Made by a program: the position numbers and the translations under genes. DNA of 64,000 nt from NCBI GenBank assembly GCA_023213395.1, contig CM041465.1, forward strand, positions 123,635,741 to 123,699,740, written 5' to 3'. A model generated the notes under the pieces. It was not told the origin of the DNA, made no database searches, and worked only from the letters and a program-made list of their open reading frames with translations. This DNA comes from Cycas panzhihuaensis. Lineage: Eukaryota > Plantae > Cycadophyta. How positions within the stretch are numbered: the stretch's first letter is position 1; every line of letters starts with the position of its first letter. Positions 1-14,201 of this stretch are shown piece by piece.

Positions 1-79
1 CTACAATAAATAATGATATTCAACAAAAAATAAAGTTGAAACTACTTTTGTAGCTGCCTTAGTTGCTAGTAGTAGAGTA

Positions 80-3000
80 ACTAAAGATTAGTATGTTGAT
101 TTAGGAGCCTCTCACCACATGATCGGAGTTAAGGAATGGTTGGAAATTCTGAAAACATATGATCTTAATAAATGTGTGGAGCTAGAAGATAATTTTCCCT
201 TTCATATAAATGGGATAAGATCGATAGCCATAGAAATTGATAAAAAATTTAGCAAATAGGCAATATTCTTTTTGTACTTGGAATGAAGAAAAATCTCTTG
301 TCTTTGTCTCAGTTAAGCGAGAAGAAGTTAAGAACCATATTTGATGAAAATAGTCATCATTACATTCTAGATATAAAGAAGAATAACATTGTAATAACTA
401 AAAGAGAAAAATGCAACAAACTCTATAAGTTGCTCTCCACCCCTGTACTACCTGATAAGGGCCTACCACACCCATCTCTGATGAAAATTCACTTGTTGTG
501 GCAAGTAATGATGTTAATAAAATATGACATTTGAAATATGAACACATCTCATATGATAGATTAGAAAGTTTGAAACATTCAAATATGGTGAATGGTTTAC
601 CTGGTATCTCTTTTAATTCATTTATATATAAAAGTTGTATGTTGGGTAATCAACACAAAACTCCCTTCACAAAAAACATATGGCAAACACAGAATAAATT
701 GGATTTAGTTCATACCGATCTTTATGGCTCTTTTACGCCAAAATTAACAAATGGTGCACAATACTTTCTAATCTTCAATAATGATTTTTTCAAAAAAACA
801 TGGGTGTATTTTTTGTTTAGCAAATTAGAAGCACTTGATTACTTAAAAAAATTTAAGGTGGAAGTGAAACTAGAAAGTAATCAAAAAATTAAATGTGTTC
901 ATCTTAATGGAGGAGGAGAGTATGTGTCCAAGGAATTCCTCTAGTTTTGTAAACTATATGAAATTCATAGGCAAATTACAATTTTGTACACATCTTAGTC
1001 AAATAGTGTGGTAGAAAAAATGTATAAAACTATTTTAGAAATGGCATGATGTTTGATAAATGACAAGCAAACCGCAAAAAAGTATTGGGTAGAAGCAGCC
1101 AACACAGTTGTTTATCTAATTAATAGGAGTCCAACTCATGCCTTGGACAAAGTAATGCCTGAGGAAGCATGAACGGAACATAAACTAGACATAAGTTATC
1201 TTAAAGTATTTAGTTGTAAAGCATATGTACATATTCCAAATAAAAAAAGAACTAAATTAGATAAAAAAGGCATAGAGTGTACAATGATTGGGTATAGCAA
1301 TCACTCAAAACCGTATATATGTCTTAATTCAAAAATCAATAAACTCTATATAGTAGGGATATGATATTTGATTAAGGCATAAATTGTATCAAGGTTGTGT
1401 GTCAGGAGATGGACACAGGAACCAGTAATAATAGAAAGTTGAATATAGTCCATTCAAATGAAGAATCAGGAATTACCTCAGAAATTGTTGGTACTAAAAG
1501 TGAAATTGTTGAATAAGAGACACCTGACAACAATCAAGCAAATGATCTTAGTACCATAGGGGAAGAAGGGCAGAGACCAAAGCAAGAATAAAGCTCAGAA
1601 AAGATGCTGAAATGGTATCTTAAGACCCTTGAGAAAACAAATGGAGAAGTATTTAAATATAAAACAAGGTCTCATAAACGATAGGTATTAATTTGCTCTA
1701 TCGAACCAAACACATTCAATGAAGCAAGTCAACTTCAACCCTGGAGAATAACAATGGATGCTGAAATGGAAGTAATTTACAAAAATGAAACGTGGGATTT
1801 GGTAGAACCTCCTAAAGACAAATCCATTATAAATTACAAATGGGTATATAAAGTTAGAGAAAAACCAAATGGTGAAGTTGAAAAATATAAAGCAAGGTTG
1901 GTAGCCAAAGGCTATATACAAACAGTCAAAATTGATTATGAAGAAACATTCTCACTAGTGGTAAAACTAAACATTGTAAGAATAGTAGTTGCAATAGCCA
2001 CTCAACAAGGATGAAAAATCTATCAACTAAATGTAAAGAGTGCATTTCTAAATGGATATCTTTAAGAGGAAGTTCACATGCATCAATCAGAATGATACAT
2101 CAATTCAAGGCAAGACAAATTGGTTTATAAAATAAAGAAAGCATTGTATAGGCTTAAGCAAGCAGTAAGAGCCTGGTATATTGAACTGGACAAATATCTT
2201 ATTCAAAATAATTTTCATAAATAAATTAGACCATAGTTTATACATAAAGTTCAGTTAAGGACTAGTCTCCATTACAGTTATGTATGTAGATGACATGTTG
2301 ATTACAGGGAGTGATATAGATTCAATTGCACTCATCAAAAAGTATTTGGCAGGAGTTTTAAAATGACAGACCTTAGAATGTTGCATTATTATTTGGGAAT
2401 AGAAGTTATGCAACAAAATAATTCTACTATCCTATCTTAATCAAAACATAGTAAAAATGTGCCAAAAAAGTTCAACATGGAAATTTGTAATAATGTTGTC
2501 ACCCCCATGGAAATTGGTTGTGTGTTGCATTTTGAACCAAAAGGATAATCAATTAATGGAACTTTATATAGATAACTAATTAGAAGCATGATCTATCTTA
2601 CTACCACTAAACCAAATATTTCTTACTCAGTTGGAGTAGTCTCCAAATTTATGCAAGATCTAAAGGTGTCACACTGGAATGCTGTAAAAATAATTCTCCA
2701 GTATTTGAGAGGAACAACAAATCTAGGGTTAAAGTATACAAAAGACAACGATATGCAATTAAAAGGTTTCTGTGACTTAGATTGGGTAGGAAACAAAGTA
2801 GACAGGAAATCTACATCAAGTTATTACTTCTATCTTAATTTAGCCTTGATTTCTTGGACCAGTAAAAAGTAACACATAGTTGCCTTATCATTAAGAGAAG
2901 CAGAATACAAATCAATAGTGAATGCAACTTGTGAAGCAGTCTAACTCAAGTAGCTCCTAAAATATTTAGGACAAGAACAAATGTCACCTACCCACTTGTT

Positions 3001-3220
3001 TTATAACAACTAAAGCATAATCAAGATCATAAAGAATCAAATATTGCATGCAAGGACAAAACATATTGAAGTTCACCATCATTTTATTAAAGAAAAAATC
3101 CAAAATAAGGACATTGAACTTCTATACTGTTCTTCAAATGATCAAACTGTAGATGTCTTTACAAAACCATTAAGTAAAGATAAGTTTTATTTTTCTAGAG
3201 ATAGGTTAGAAGTAAAATAG
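80..3220 (+). pseudogene. pol: copia pol (PR-INT-RT-RH) pseudogene of C1
   Basis: ORF fragments 283-534, 531-944, 1754-2014, 2588-2872; many stops from TGG/CAA/CGA mutation, plus frameshifts. Confidence 0.93.
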
Positions 3221-3239
3221 ATAAAACATTAAGAGAGGA

Positions 3240-3457
3240 TGTTAGAAATAATGTTTTATCTAAGAACCTTTATGTTCTAGGACATATAACATTTGTTCTT
3301 TCTATTGTAATAATGAGGGTCATGTATCATTCCCTCTTTGATCTCAGAATAACAAGTGGCAGAAACACATTGAGTGATTTCTATAGTATTGTACAAATTG
3401 TAATGTATTTATAAAGGGATCACCCTCATTAATAAATTGACTTGAATTATTCTTACA
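3240..3457 (+). repeat. 3' LTR of C1 (~218 bp)
   Basis: Starts TGTTAG directly after the PPT and ends ..TCTTACA. Shares acaagtggca / ttgagtg motifs and size with C2 LTRs. Right end uncertain by a few bp. Confidence 0.75.
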
Positions 3458-3657
3458 TCATGATAGTTTATTAGTTATGCCATACCACATATCTAAGGGA
3501 GAAGTGGTTATCATCAAAATAATTAATGGTAAGAATGTGAGGTTGAGTGGAGAGAAATATTTTATAGTGGAACTTCCTCAAATAAGCCTAACTACTAAAA
3601 ATTATAACCTATTCTTATTAACATAAAACCTAAATTTCTTTTTAGAAAGTAAAATCT

Positions 3658-4187
3658 TATTAGAATTTAGAATTTAACTTTGATACCATATTATGATGTA
3701 CTCATTATATGGAGCAAGAGTATATCAAACATGTATAATCAACAAATCATATCATGAGAAATGTACATTACTCATGTATGTAAGATCAACATAAAAAGCA
3801 ATAACATGAATTATAAATATGTAAATAGATCAAACATGTAATAATCATTCACCATAAAAAAGACAATATATTTATACATAGAAACCTCAATGTGAAGAAA
3901 AACACAAGAAAATGTTAGAATTAGGAGCTTCTTTTTAGATATCAAATTATTACATTTCTAAATCAATCTCTCTTTCTCAAGTCCTCAAGTGGTGTGTATA
4001 TATTTATAGATATGTCACCTCATAAATATCATATAATATATTTTTAATCATTTCATCATTCAATAAGATGTTTACATGAATAATCATGCATTTTTAATCT
4101 CTCAATATATTTGGTGAGTAGAATTTTGTGTAGGTCCACTACTTTGCAATAAATATTATATATGTAATAATATTACATATTCCAACA
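3658..4187 (-). repeat. 3' LTR of N1
   Basis: Aligns end to end with 11123-11653; minus-strand start TGTTGGA adjacent to the PPT. Confidence 0.9.
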
Positions 4188-5579
4188 CTTCTCTTTAATG
4201 TTTTATGTCTTTAAATATTTAAGTCTTTAATCCTTGGTTTTTATGTCTTCATATCTACTGAAGCTTATAACATGTATCTAATTTGTAACAAATTTATATC
4301 AAGCTATATTAAACATAATAAAATTGCATCACATGTAATATGTAAATCTGTCAATATCATGCTTGACTCATGTAAAGTAAATAACATGTGAAAAATATAA
4401 TCATCTATGATCATTAGTGACCAATTATAAATAACCAGTCCATAAAAACCTATATAGCAATAATCAATCATCCATTAAACATCAACTAATAGATATGATT
4501 CACATTATCATGTTTATATTAAGTGTTTTTTTTAATACCTTCATATCTTCACCTATAAAAGTTATTGTTAATGCTCAACATCTGTAATCTTATCATCTCA
4601 ACAATCTTAAAAACTAAAATGATTATTGATGTCCATATAAAACAATAACCATCTACCAAAATACACAAGTAACTAGTTATTGTAAGCATTAGTTCTCTAG
4701 GATGTGCTTTTTGTATATGGTTCATTAACGAACAAGAGTAACATAAAATATCTTATCTCTTCCATATGAAATTAATAACACAATGTGTGTATTGTACAAG
4801 AATAGCCTCATTCATCTTACCTCTTATATATGAGGAAGTAATTTATGTGTTGCATTTATCGGTGCTTTTGCACACTTGCAACTTTATTTTAGTAACCATT
4901 AATCGCATCATCATCAAATCAAACAAATGTATTGACTCTAGGAACAGGTCATACTACCTGGCCAAGGTAAGTTAGTTGTAACAAGGTCACATAATCTGTG
5001 TTTTCATTTCTCATCATACATGGCTGATCAAATTTCTTACGAATAAACACTTGTCTGTTATTAGTTGGATAACCTCAACAATTGAATTTGATGTCAAGTA
5101 ATCAACATATATGAGACTTCTTTCCCATGTCTCATAAATAGGTGGAAATTACTTAATCATCACATCTACTTATTTCTCCAACAAATAGATAATAATATGG
5201 GTTTTTTATCAATATATCAAGTGGTGTCATCAATCATCAAATAACTGTCTAATATACAAGTGATCATTGCATTTTATAGGGTGAAGCTCTTTACTTCATC
5301 AAACGTATTAAGTACAAAGGAGGATTTGTATGTATAACATTTCAAAAGATTTTTACATTAATATCACATCAAATATGTCCCATGTCATAAACTTTTTATT
5401 TGTTTTGAGCCTTAAATCATCGTAAATGAGCCTTTATATGTTCACTTTTAAATGAAACTTTCTTTTTAATTCATCATCTATCATCAATATCACCATCATC
5501 ATCTTCGGATATTAGATATATGACAACAATTATGAGAAGGCTTTAATTTTTAGGACCTTTATTAGCACAGTTTCCCCAC

Positions 5580-8500
5580 TAATATTTTCTTGGGGGGATC
5601 CAAGGGGGGGCGACAACCCTCCTTACAATTCTACACCATCTAAATTTTTCTATGCTAATAATCTTGGTTAATGAGTCTACAACATTCTCTTGTGTAGCAA
5701 TCTTCTGTAACACCTTATGATCTTGAACCACTTTCCTCACAAAATGGAATTGCACATTAATATGATTTGACTGAGCATGAAAAATAGGATTCTCTACTAG
5801 GTAGATTGTACTTTGACTATCACAATCTATCCTCACAGCATCCTGCTTAAAGCTAATATCTTTACATATTCTCTGTAACTAAACAACTTCCTTGCACATA
5901 TGAGTAGCTGTCATATACTCTCTTTTTGTGTTAGAAAGTGCCACAACTTGCTGTCATTTACTCATCCAGCTGATTGCACCACCATAAAGGGTAAAAACAT
6001 ACCCGCTTGTAGATCTTTTGCTATCAAGATCTCTAACGTAATCAACATTAACAAAACCTCTCAAGTTTACTATTCCACTCTCCATGGGATCTCCTTGATA
6101 GCAAATTCCATAGTCTAATGTACCTCGTAGATACCTGAAAATCCTTTTCACAGTAACCCAATGCTCCTTGCCTGGGTTTGATATATACTTGCTAATTGTT
6201 CCCACTATATGGGTAATGCTTGGTCAAGTGTAAACCATCGCATATATCAAGCTACCAATAGCACTAGCATAAGGGACAAATGCCATGTCTTCAACTTCTT
6301 GGTGAGTCTTTGGGAATTATTCAGCTAATAATTTTAAACCAATAGAAAGAGGAACAATAACTGGTTTACTATCCTTTAACTTAAACCGTTGCAAGAATTG
6401 TCTCAATGTATCATCTTTAGCTAAGCCAAATCTTTCTATTTCTCCTATCCCTTTTAATCTCAATACCCAAAATAAAATGTATAACACTAAAGTCCTTCAT
6501 CTCAAAGTGAGATGCTAGTTGGTCTTTCACAAGTTGGTTTATTTCTTTGTTATTACCAACTAAAAGGATGTCATCAACATATAAAGCCAGAATAACAAAA
6601 TGATCACCAATCTACTTATAATAAACATAATAATATGTTTTGCTATGCACAAAGCCATCTGCCAACATATATGAATCAAACTTCTAATACCACATCCTTG
6701 GTGACTGTTTCAAGCTGTATAATGACTTCTTCAACTTGCACACCATATTTTCCTTTTCAAACCCTTCAGGCTGTAATATATAAATTTCTTCCTCAAGGTC
6801 ACTGTGAAGAAATGTAATCTCCACATCTATTTGATCCACCTCAAGGTCATAAGTAGCTGTTACAACCAATAAAAATCTAATTGAAGCAACTTTTATAATA
6901 GGAGAAAATACCTCACCAAAATCTATTCCCTTGACTTGGGAATAACCCTTTGCTACTGAGCAAGCCTTATACTTTTTCACAGTACCAGAACTTCTTCTTA
7001 AAGATCCATTTGTTATCAACAGGTTTTCTTCCATTAGGCAAATCCACCAAATCCTATATATTATTTTTGTCTAAGGCTACCATTTCTTCTTACATGGCCT
7101 TCATCCAGAGTTGGCTCTCTTTTGACTCTAGAGCCTCCCAAACAGTACCTTGATCATCATCTGTAGTAGATAAAACAAAAGAGGAGCAACGAAAGTCTTT
7201 AGGAATACACCTATCAGGTTGTCCTCTCTCATGAGTTGATCTCCTCAAGATGTGGGGTTTTTGAGGTTGAGCTACCTCTACAACTAGTTCTTCCTCTTCA
7301 GTTGACTCATATTCCGATGTAGAATCTTCATCTCTTATTTCAAATTGTACCTTCTTAGAGTGTTCTTCCTTTGGTTCTTCATCCTACTTTAGGGACTCTA
7401 AAGATAACATCATGGCTATATATAACCTTTTGTGTTTCAAGGTTATAAAACTTATATCCTTTAACACCATCATCATAGCCAATGAAAATAGTCTTTTGTG
7501 CTTTGAAATCAAGCTTAGTCTTCTATTGTTTAGGAACATGCACAAAAGCTTCACAACCAAAAACTCTAAGATGACCAAGATATGGTTTCTTACAGGACCA
7601 CACTTCTTTAGGTGTTTTGTATACTAAGGCAGTTGTCCGTGATCTATTATCAGGTAGCTTTCAGTCATCACAACCTCTGCCTAGAATTTCTTCTTTAATC
7701 TAGTAACACTGAGCATACTCCTCGATCTCTCTAGTAAGGTCCTATTCATCCTTTCAACAACTTCATTCTATTGTGGCATATAAGGAATTATCTTTTGCCT
7801 TGTTGTCCCATACTATTTACAGAACTACTCAAACTCCTTTGAATAAAACTCACCTCCATTATCCGTCCTTAGTACCTTGATCCACCTATCACTCTAATTC
7901 TCAACCAAGGCCTTGAATTCTTTGAATTTACTGAAGACTTCAGATTTCTGCTTGAGAAAGTACAACCATATCTTTCTCAAGAAATCATCTATGAATGAGA
8001 CAAAGTATTTGGACCCACCCAATGAAGGTACATCAACAGGTCCAAAAACATCATTATGCACCAATTACAGAATACTCTTTGCTCTCTTCGAGTTTAAAGG
8101 AAAGCTAAGCCGATTTCATTTGCCATATACACAATGCTCATTAAAATAAAAATCAAAGGAGCCATTAATTCTAAAGATGTCTTTTGTCATACCTTTGGAG
8201 AATAAATCATGGAGGCCATTCTCTCTAATATAGCCTAATCTCTGATGCCACAACATAGTTTTACTAACAAGTGATATTTGAATCATGCCTTCATTATTGC
8301 TACTTTATGTAATAGTTGGACTACAACTTCCAACACACACGGTACTTGCATCAAGCTTGTATAGTATTCCAAATCAGACCCCTCTTGCTAACACCAACAC
8401 TCCTCGAATTATTCTGCAACTGTCCTTATTGAAGATCACTTATATTCTTGCATCACCCAATTGACTGGCAAATAATAGACTCATAGCTAAACTAGGAATA

Positions 8501-9528
8501 TGACTCACATTAGGGATAGTTTTAACCCTTCCATCCCTAAATCGAACCTTCACCCTTTCATGACCCATAATTTTATACTGGTAATGATCCCCAAGAAATA
8601 CTTCACCTCCATCAATCCTTGTGTATTCATAAAACTAGTCCCTATGGGGAGTAACATGAAGTGAAGCACCATAGTCAATTAACCAAGCCTCAACATTTGA
8701 CAACTTCCCTAAGGTTGCCAAATAAATATTGCCATCAGCTTCATCGGAGGCTTTTTCTACCATGGAAGAAGTAGCTTCAGGTGACTTTCCCTTGTCTACT
8801 TTGACTCAACATCGGCTCTTCATATCGCCAGCCTTCTCACATCTCCAACATACCAAAGGTCCCCTACCTGGAGATTTGGATTTTGGCCATTTGTTCTTAG
8901 GCCTTTGTTGATCATGATCCAACGTTCGCCCTCTCACAGCTAATGCTTCTTTCGAATAATCATCATAAGATTTTCACCTTGTCTCTTCGGATAGTAAAGC
9001 AGTAACAACATCAACAAATTTCAATGTAACAATAGTCATGCTGCTAATCGTCATCATGAGATTATCCCTAGAATCAGGAAGCAAACATAATAGGGTAATA
9101 CATTTATTTTCTTCAAACATTGTTACCCCAACTGAAATAAATTATCTCACCACAGTGTTAAATGTAGTGAGATAATCCGCAACTACATCTCCATCACTCA
9201 TCTTGAGTAAATACAGCTTTTTCCAAAGAAATATCTTATTAACCAGGGATTTTATTTGATACAAAGCCTCTAACTTTCTCCACAGATCTTTGGCTATAGA
9301 TTCTATGATAACATTCAACAAAACCATGTCTAAAAGGCATAACCTTATCAATCTGATTGCTTTTCGATCAAGCTTCTTCCAGTCTTCATCACCCATAATC
9401 GCAGGCTTTATTCTTGCTACAGTGATCCACTATTCCTTCCCGATGAGGATATCTTCCATCTTTAGCTTCCATAGCTTAAAGTTCTAGCCATTGAACTTTT
9501 TAATCTTCATATTTGTAGTGCTTGTCAT
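5580..9528 (-). pseudogene. gag-pol: gag-pol pseudogene (Tnt1/Tork-like)
   Basis: MTSTTNMKIKKFNG*NFKLWKLKMEDIL from ATG at 9528; WKKLDRKAI (9142-9396); CCHC ~8820-8860; RT VAKGYSQVKGIDFGEVFSP; RNase H RSTSGYVFTLYGGAISWMSK and RIDCDSQSTI. Confidence 0.93.
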
Positions 9529-9600
9529 GATCCCTGTACTCAAGTTCACTGCACAAGGCTCCCACTTAACCAATGGCTTCCCACAGAACTAAAACCCTTA

Positions 9601-9612
9601 GCTCTGATACCA
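9601..9612 (-). promoter_or_regulatory. Primer-binding site (tRNA-iMet)
   Basis: Exact TGGTATCAGAGC on the minus strand. Confidence 0.92.
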
Positions 9613-11122
9613 AATGAAGAGAAAATATAACTACAGAAGTAATATAATAATAAACTTTAAACCATACAAATAAAAAATAATATAAACAAGCCAAGCACTC
9701 AATAAAAAACATCAAGAGATTCAGGTCTAAGCATGGACCTTTTATTAATATAAGCAACATCTAAAAAATTATAGAGGTAAATAAACTCAAACTCTTCACA
9801 TCGACTCATCCACACAACCACTCTATTACATGTGTTGTTATATAAGAATATATAGACACAACATTACAAGATACCACCTTACAGTTTTACAATACAATAA
9901 GCATAAACAATGGGCCAATAAAGACCCCTCAGACCCCACAAAAGGGCTCGAGTGTAATGCCTATATCCATGTAACACTTCCAAAGCGTTAAACATATCTA
10001 ACATTCATAATAGCTAATAAATAAATATTTGTGATCCTCACATTCTAAACCAGCACATAAGTTTTATTACCACTAAACCTTTGTTTATAATATTAATGAG
10101 TTTATGTCACAAATTTTTATATGAACCCTTATATAGTAATACTGCCACATGTTGCATAAATCTTCTATCATACAATAAATACTTGCAACCTCTATATACT
10201 CTTTATAATAATAACACCCTCATATTTGCCAAAAAATAGGTAATTAAAATTTTGTCTATATATCACCATTTCAACATGCCCTCATATTCTTTGCTTCATA
10301 TGTCGTCACAAGACCATTAAATTTTTATGCAAAATATGTATAACTACTTCAATGTTACCATAATATCATACCAAAATTAAACTTATCATAACTCTTCATA
10401 ACCACATACCTATTTTTTCATCAAATCTACACTTTTTCATATTTGCCACATCCCATCATAATCATCACAAAGTAGATCTTTAAAACCTATCTTTAGTTGC
10501 TATTAAAAATGCCTCATACCCATCTTAATTTGTTGTATACTAACTAGGTATTATCTTACATCTGATGTCTTCTTCATTGTAATTATTTTTGCTTCACTAG
10601 TTGTAAGGTTAGGTGAAGTTACTAGTTTCACAAAACCTCAATCACGTCTACAAGGGGTCAATTTGCGTAGGTAAACTCAATTGGAAATAATATCTCCTCA
10701 TCATTTGGTGGACTTGATTCAAATATCTACATGTTTATAAATATGACATCAACATGCTTAATATAAGTGTCTATATAAATTCAAAAATTAACATTACACA
10801 TCAATTTGTAGTATTCATCGCATGCAACTTCCTCTCCTATATGTGGCTTTATCATTGTATGTTACTTCATCATCATCTATATGTAGTTATAATCACTTGT
10901 ATGTAGATCCCTATATCAACTTTATTTAGCCCTAGAATCTCAGTCATATATCACCGGCATAACTAGCAAGATCAATTTTTGGCTCATCAAAACACACTTC
11001 ATACTGAGCTTATCATTGGCTCTATACTAGTTCAAATGTTGGCTCAATTGACTCATCAATCTAGTTCATATAGGTTTACTACCCACTTTTATAAGATTTT
11101 TTATAACATGGCTCTAATGCCA

Positions 11123-11653
11123 TATTAGAATTTAGAATCTAGCTCTCATACCATATAATGATGTGCTTATTATATGTAAGGGAGGTATATCAAACATGTA
11201 TAATCAACGAATCACATCACAAAGAATGTACACTAATCATATATGTAATATCAACATATAAAGCAATAACATGAATTATAAAGTATAAACAGATCAAACA
11301 TGCAATAATCATTCAATGCAAGAGAGAGAATAGAGTTATGTGTGAAAAACTTAATGGAAGAAAAACCACGAGAAAAGATTGGAGTTGAACGCTTCTCTTT
11401 AAATACCCAATGATTATATTTCTAAGTCAATATTCCTTTTTCAAGTTCTTAATTGGTATATATACATATTTATAAATATGTCACCTCACGAATAGCCTAT
11501 AATATTTTTTAAACCATTTAATCATCCAATAGGATATTTACATGAATAACCATGTATTTCACATCTTTCAATGCATTTGGTAAGTGAGATTTTGTGTGAA
11601 TCCACTGCTTCATATTAAACATTATATATGTATCAATATCATATATTCCAACA
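11123..11653 (-). repeat. 5' LTR of N1
   Basis: Aligns with 3658-4187; followed on the minus strand by PBS tggcattagagc. Confidence 0.9.
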
Positions 11654-11699
11654 AATCCTACACTAGTTTTATGCATAACTCAACTTCTAGTAGGTATGA

Positions 11700-12960
11700 T
11701 TCTTAAGTTAGAGATGCACATATCTCCCTCAAATTCCTTCTAGCTACCCAATACTAAAGTTGTTGATGATATTTTGAAATTCTCAAGCATAAAAAAATTC
11801 TCCAACATAAGAGAGCTTTTCAAAATAACACTACATATATCTCAAAAGCTGCCAATTCCTCCATTCTACACTTGGAATTCCCCATGGAGTTCCAAAATAT
11901 TATGAAATTCTAGTGACCCTTATAATGAATGTAGTGTTTTGTATTTCTTATAGTTTCATAATTCTAATGAGCATTCTTTACATTATGAATTTCTTCTCAA
12001 TGTGTTATTTATATTTTCCTTCATTTTTAATTTCAACCTATTCTTCAAATTACTCCATTTCTGGAGTAATTCCATTACTCAAGGTTCACTAAGTGTGCTT
12101 ATCAACATAATTATAAATGCTATAGATTGGTCTTTAATGCATTTAATCTAGGGTTGTGATACTTCTATTAATCATGAAGAATATTATAACCAGTAGATTA
12201 AGCACATTTAAGGATAGTTTGCAACTATTGTAATCCACCCCTTAACTTAGGACATTGAAAAGTTATTATGAATAATTCATTAGGCTATGTATCATTGAAC
12301 TTCCTCAATCCCAAAGAGGATTTGGCATATTCATGAAACACATGGGAAGGCTTAATAACACATACTTCAAATGTAAGAGAAAGGGATCGAAAATATTTTG
12401 AATGAAATAAGAAAAAGAATTAATCTCAAATGTATTCCACCATGTAACTAAAATGTTCCAATCTTAATGTCACTGATAATAGCAATGATGTGTTGGAGCC
12501 ACTCAAGGTCTACATTAATAGTTTTAATATGCAATGGATACTCTTTAACTTTATATCTCAACTCTACACCAACTTCCTTATTCCATGTATGAATTGGCAT
12601 ATAGACTTACAAACTTTATTATAAGGAGAAGAGTTTCAAGGATAATTATTACCTCGTATGCCTTTCACAATTTTCAAGATTTAAGAGGCATAGCTTTACA
12701 TTTATATCATTTAATCAATTTTAAAACAATATCTAAACTCACCCATAGTGAACACATTTAGGTGTATTACTGTGGAATTGACATTTCTCTTTGGATGTCA
12801 AGTCATTCCATATATTGTAAGTGAATTGAGTGATACAATTTGTTGATGTAAATCTAGGAGCTCTTGCTAATAGTTAGAATCTATGATATTACTCTATCTT
12901 TTACCATATAATAGGATGAGGTAGTATGATAATAAGCTTTAATAACTCCCTCCCAATGAG
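11700..12960 (-). mobile_element. Highly degraded Ty3/gypsy remnant
   Basis: Minus-strand traces NVDLEWLQ (protease-like, ~12500) and SHVFH (INT C-terminal-like, ~12340); PPT-like aaggggtgga at ~12235. No ORF. Confidence 0.4.
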
Positions 12961-13586
12961 ATATTGCACCATGCACATCTTCTCAATACTATAAGAAACA
13001 TTAATTATGTTAGGAAGAATAGAGACTTAACTACTCCAACACCTCATAGTGGAGAAACAACAAATAAATACTAATGTTTCAACCAAATATGCAATGGAAT
13101 CACATCTATTAAATATACCTATAAATAGGTATAGAGTCCAATTAACACTAATAAATGAACACAAATATAATAGGAAATTTATTAATTATCCAAAGACATA
13201 AATGTAATAGGAATGAATGTTATTGAACCTTTTATAAATAGGCATAATATATTCACATGTCTCTCTCACCTTAGACAAGTCTTAATCTATTATAGAGATA
13301 AGTCCTTATAACGTTGTTAAAACCAAACCAACACAGAAGGAAACAAGTTGATTCTTACATAAAATAAAGAAGTAACATTAATTGGAAGACTAAGGAGTCC
13401 ACTTACTTCAATTCATAAATGGAAATATATAGCATCCCTTAATATAATACAATACTTTTATTCCTTAAATGTACTAAAGAGATTAATATAGTCTAGATCC
13501 ATTTAATGAGAAAATGACAAATGTGTTTTCATTATTCTAAATCGTGATTCCCATCTCCACCCAATTAACTTAGAACGTTTAGCTTC

Positions 13587-13730
13587 TACCAAACTATACA
13601 ACTCTAAACTAAATGGTTCCAAACCATTATAATGTGATTTAACCAATTATGCCAAACCAAATGGTTCAAAACCATTATAACTCAATTCAACCAACCATAC
13701 AAACCCAAATGGTTCATAGTTGGTTATAAG
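13587..13730. repeat. Degenerate ~46-bp tandem repeat (about 3 copies)
   Basis: Recurrent aacca..(c/t)aaatggttc..aaccattataa units. Confidence 0.7.
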
Positions 13731-14201
13731 ATAACCTAATCAAACACCTTAGCCCTAAACATCTAATCCCCTTCCAAACCCATATAAGCTTATTTATATG
13801 ATAACAACTCACTATCAATATCTTTTTGGACTACCCCACCACTAACTCCATTTGAAGACAACCCAACCTAAACCCCAAATCTGCCAACCACATCTTTCTC
13901 CCTATTAATAATGTGTTTGGTAATGATGAAGCCATTCTCAACTTGATGTTAAAAAAATATTCCCAAATCATGGCCATAAGCATCACCCCCTATCTTATTC
14001 TTTAATGTAATTGATTGATCTATCCTTAAGTCCACCTATAATGAAAACTCTACCCAAGATGACTTACATATCAACCATGGATAATAATGTCCTACCTTAC
14101 ACATAAGACCCTTAGCTCTATGCTTGTCCCAATACAAGAAGGATGTAAATCTAATCTTGCACATTAAGAATTGATACCATTTATCCAATTTACCATTGAC
14201 T

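Larger units (their letters stand above)
1..3457 (+). mobile_element. Ty1/copia LTR retrotransposon C1, degenerate; 5' part outside window
   Basis: Domain order PR (VDLGASHHM ~95), pre-integrase, INT (LVHTDLYG, NGGGEYVS; ORF 531-944), RT (KYKARLVAKGY ORF 1754-2014; YVDDM ~2283), RNase H (GFCDLDWVG..DRKSTS; ARTKHIEVHHHF). PPT aagagagga 3231-3239, then TG. Confidence 0.95.
5530..10042 (-). mobile_element. Tnt1/Tork-like Ty1/copia element nested in N1; LTR limits uncertain
   Basis: Perfect iMet PBS (rc gctctgatacca 9601-9612) and PPT (rc tttccccact 5571-5580) bracket a complete degenerate gag-pol. The 3' LTR looks truncated; the 5' LTR starts at ~9752 or ~10042. Confidence 0.85.
3658..11653 (-). 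mobile_element. Non-autonomous (LARD-like) copia-type LTR element N1
   Basis: Two ~530-bp LTRs (3658-4187, 11123-11653); TSD aatct (3653-3657) / aatcc (11654-11658); PBS rc gctctaatgcca 11111-11122; PPT rc 4188-4198. No ORF in its own internal region. Confidence 0.88.

Noticed and set aside
14171-14180. Isolated partial PBS-like words (14172 rc, 20741, 59607)
   Set aside because: Only 7-10 nt match, with no adjacent LTR end or pair.
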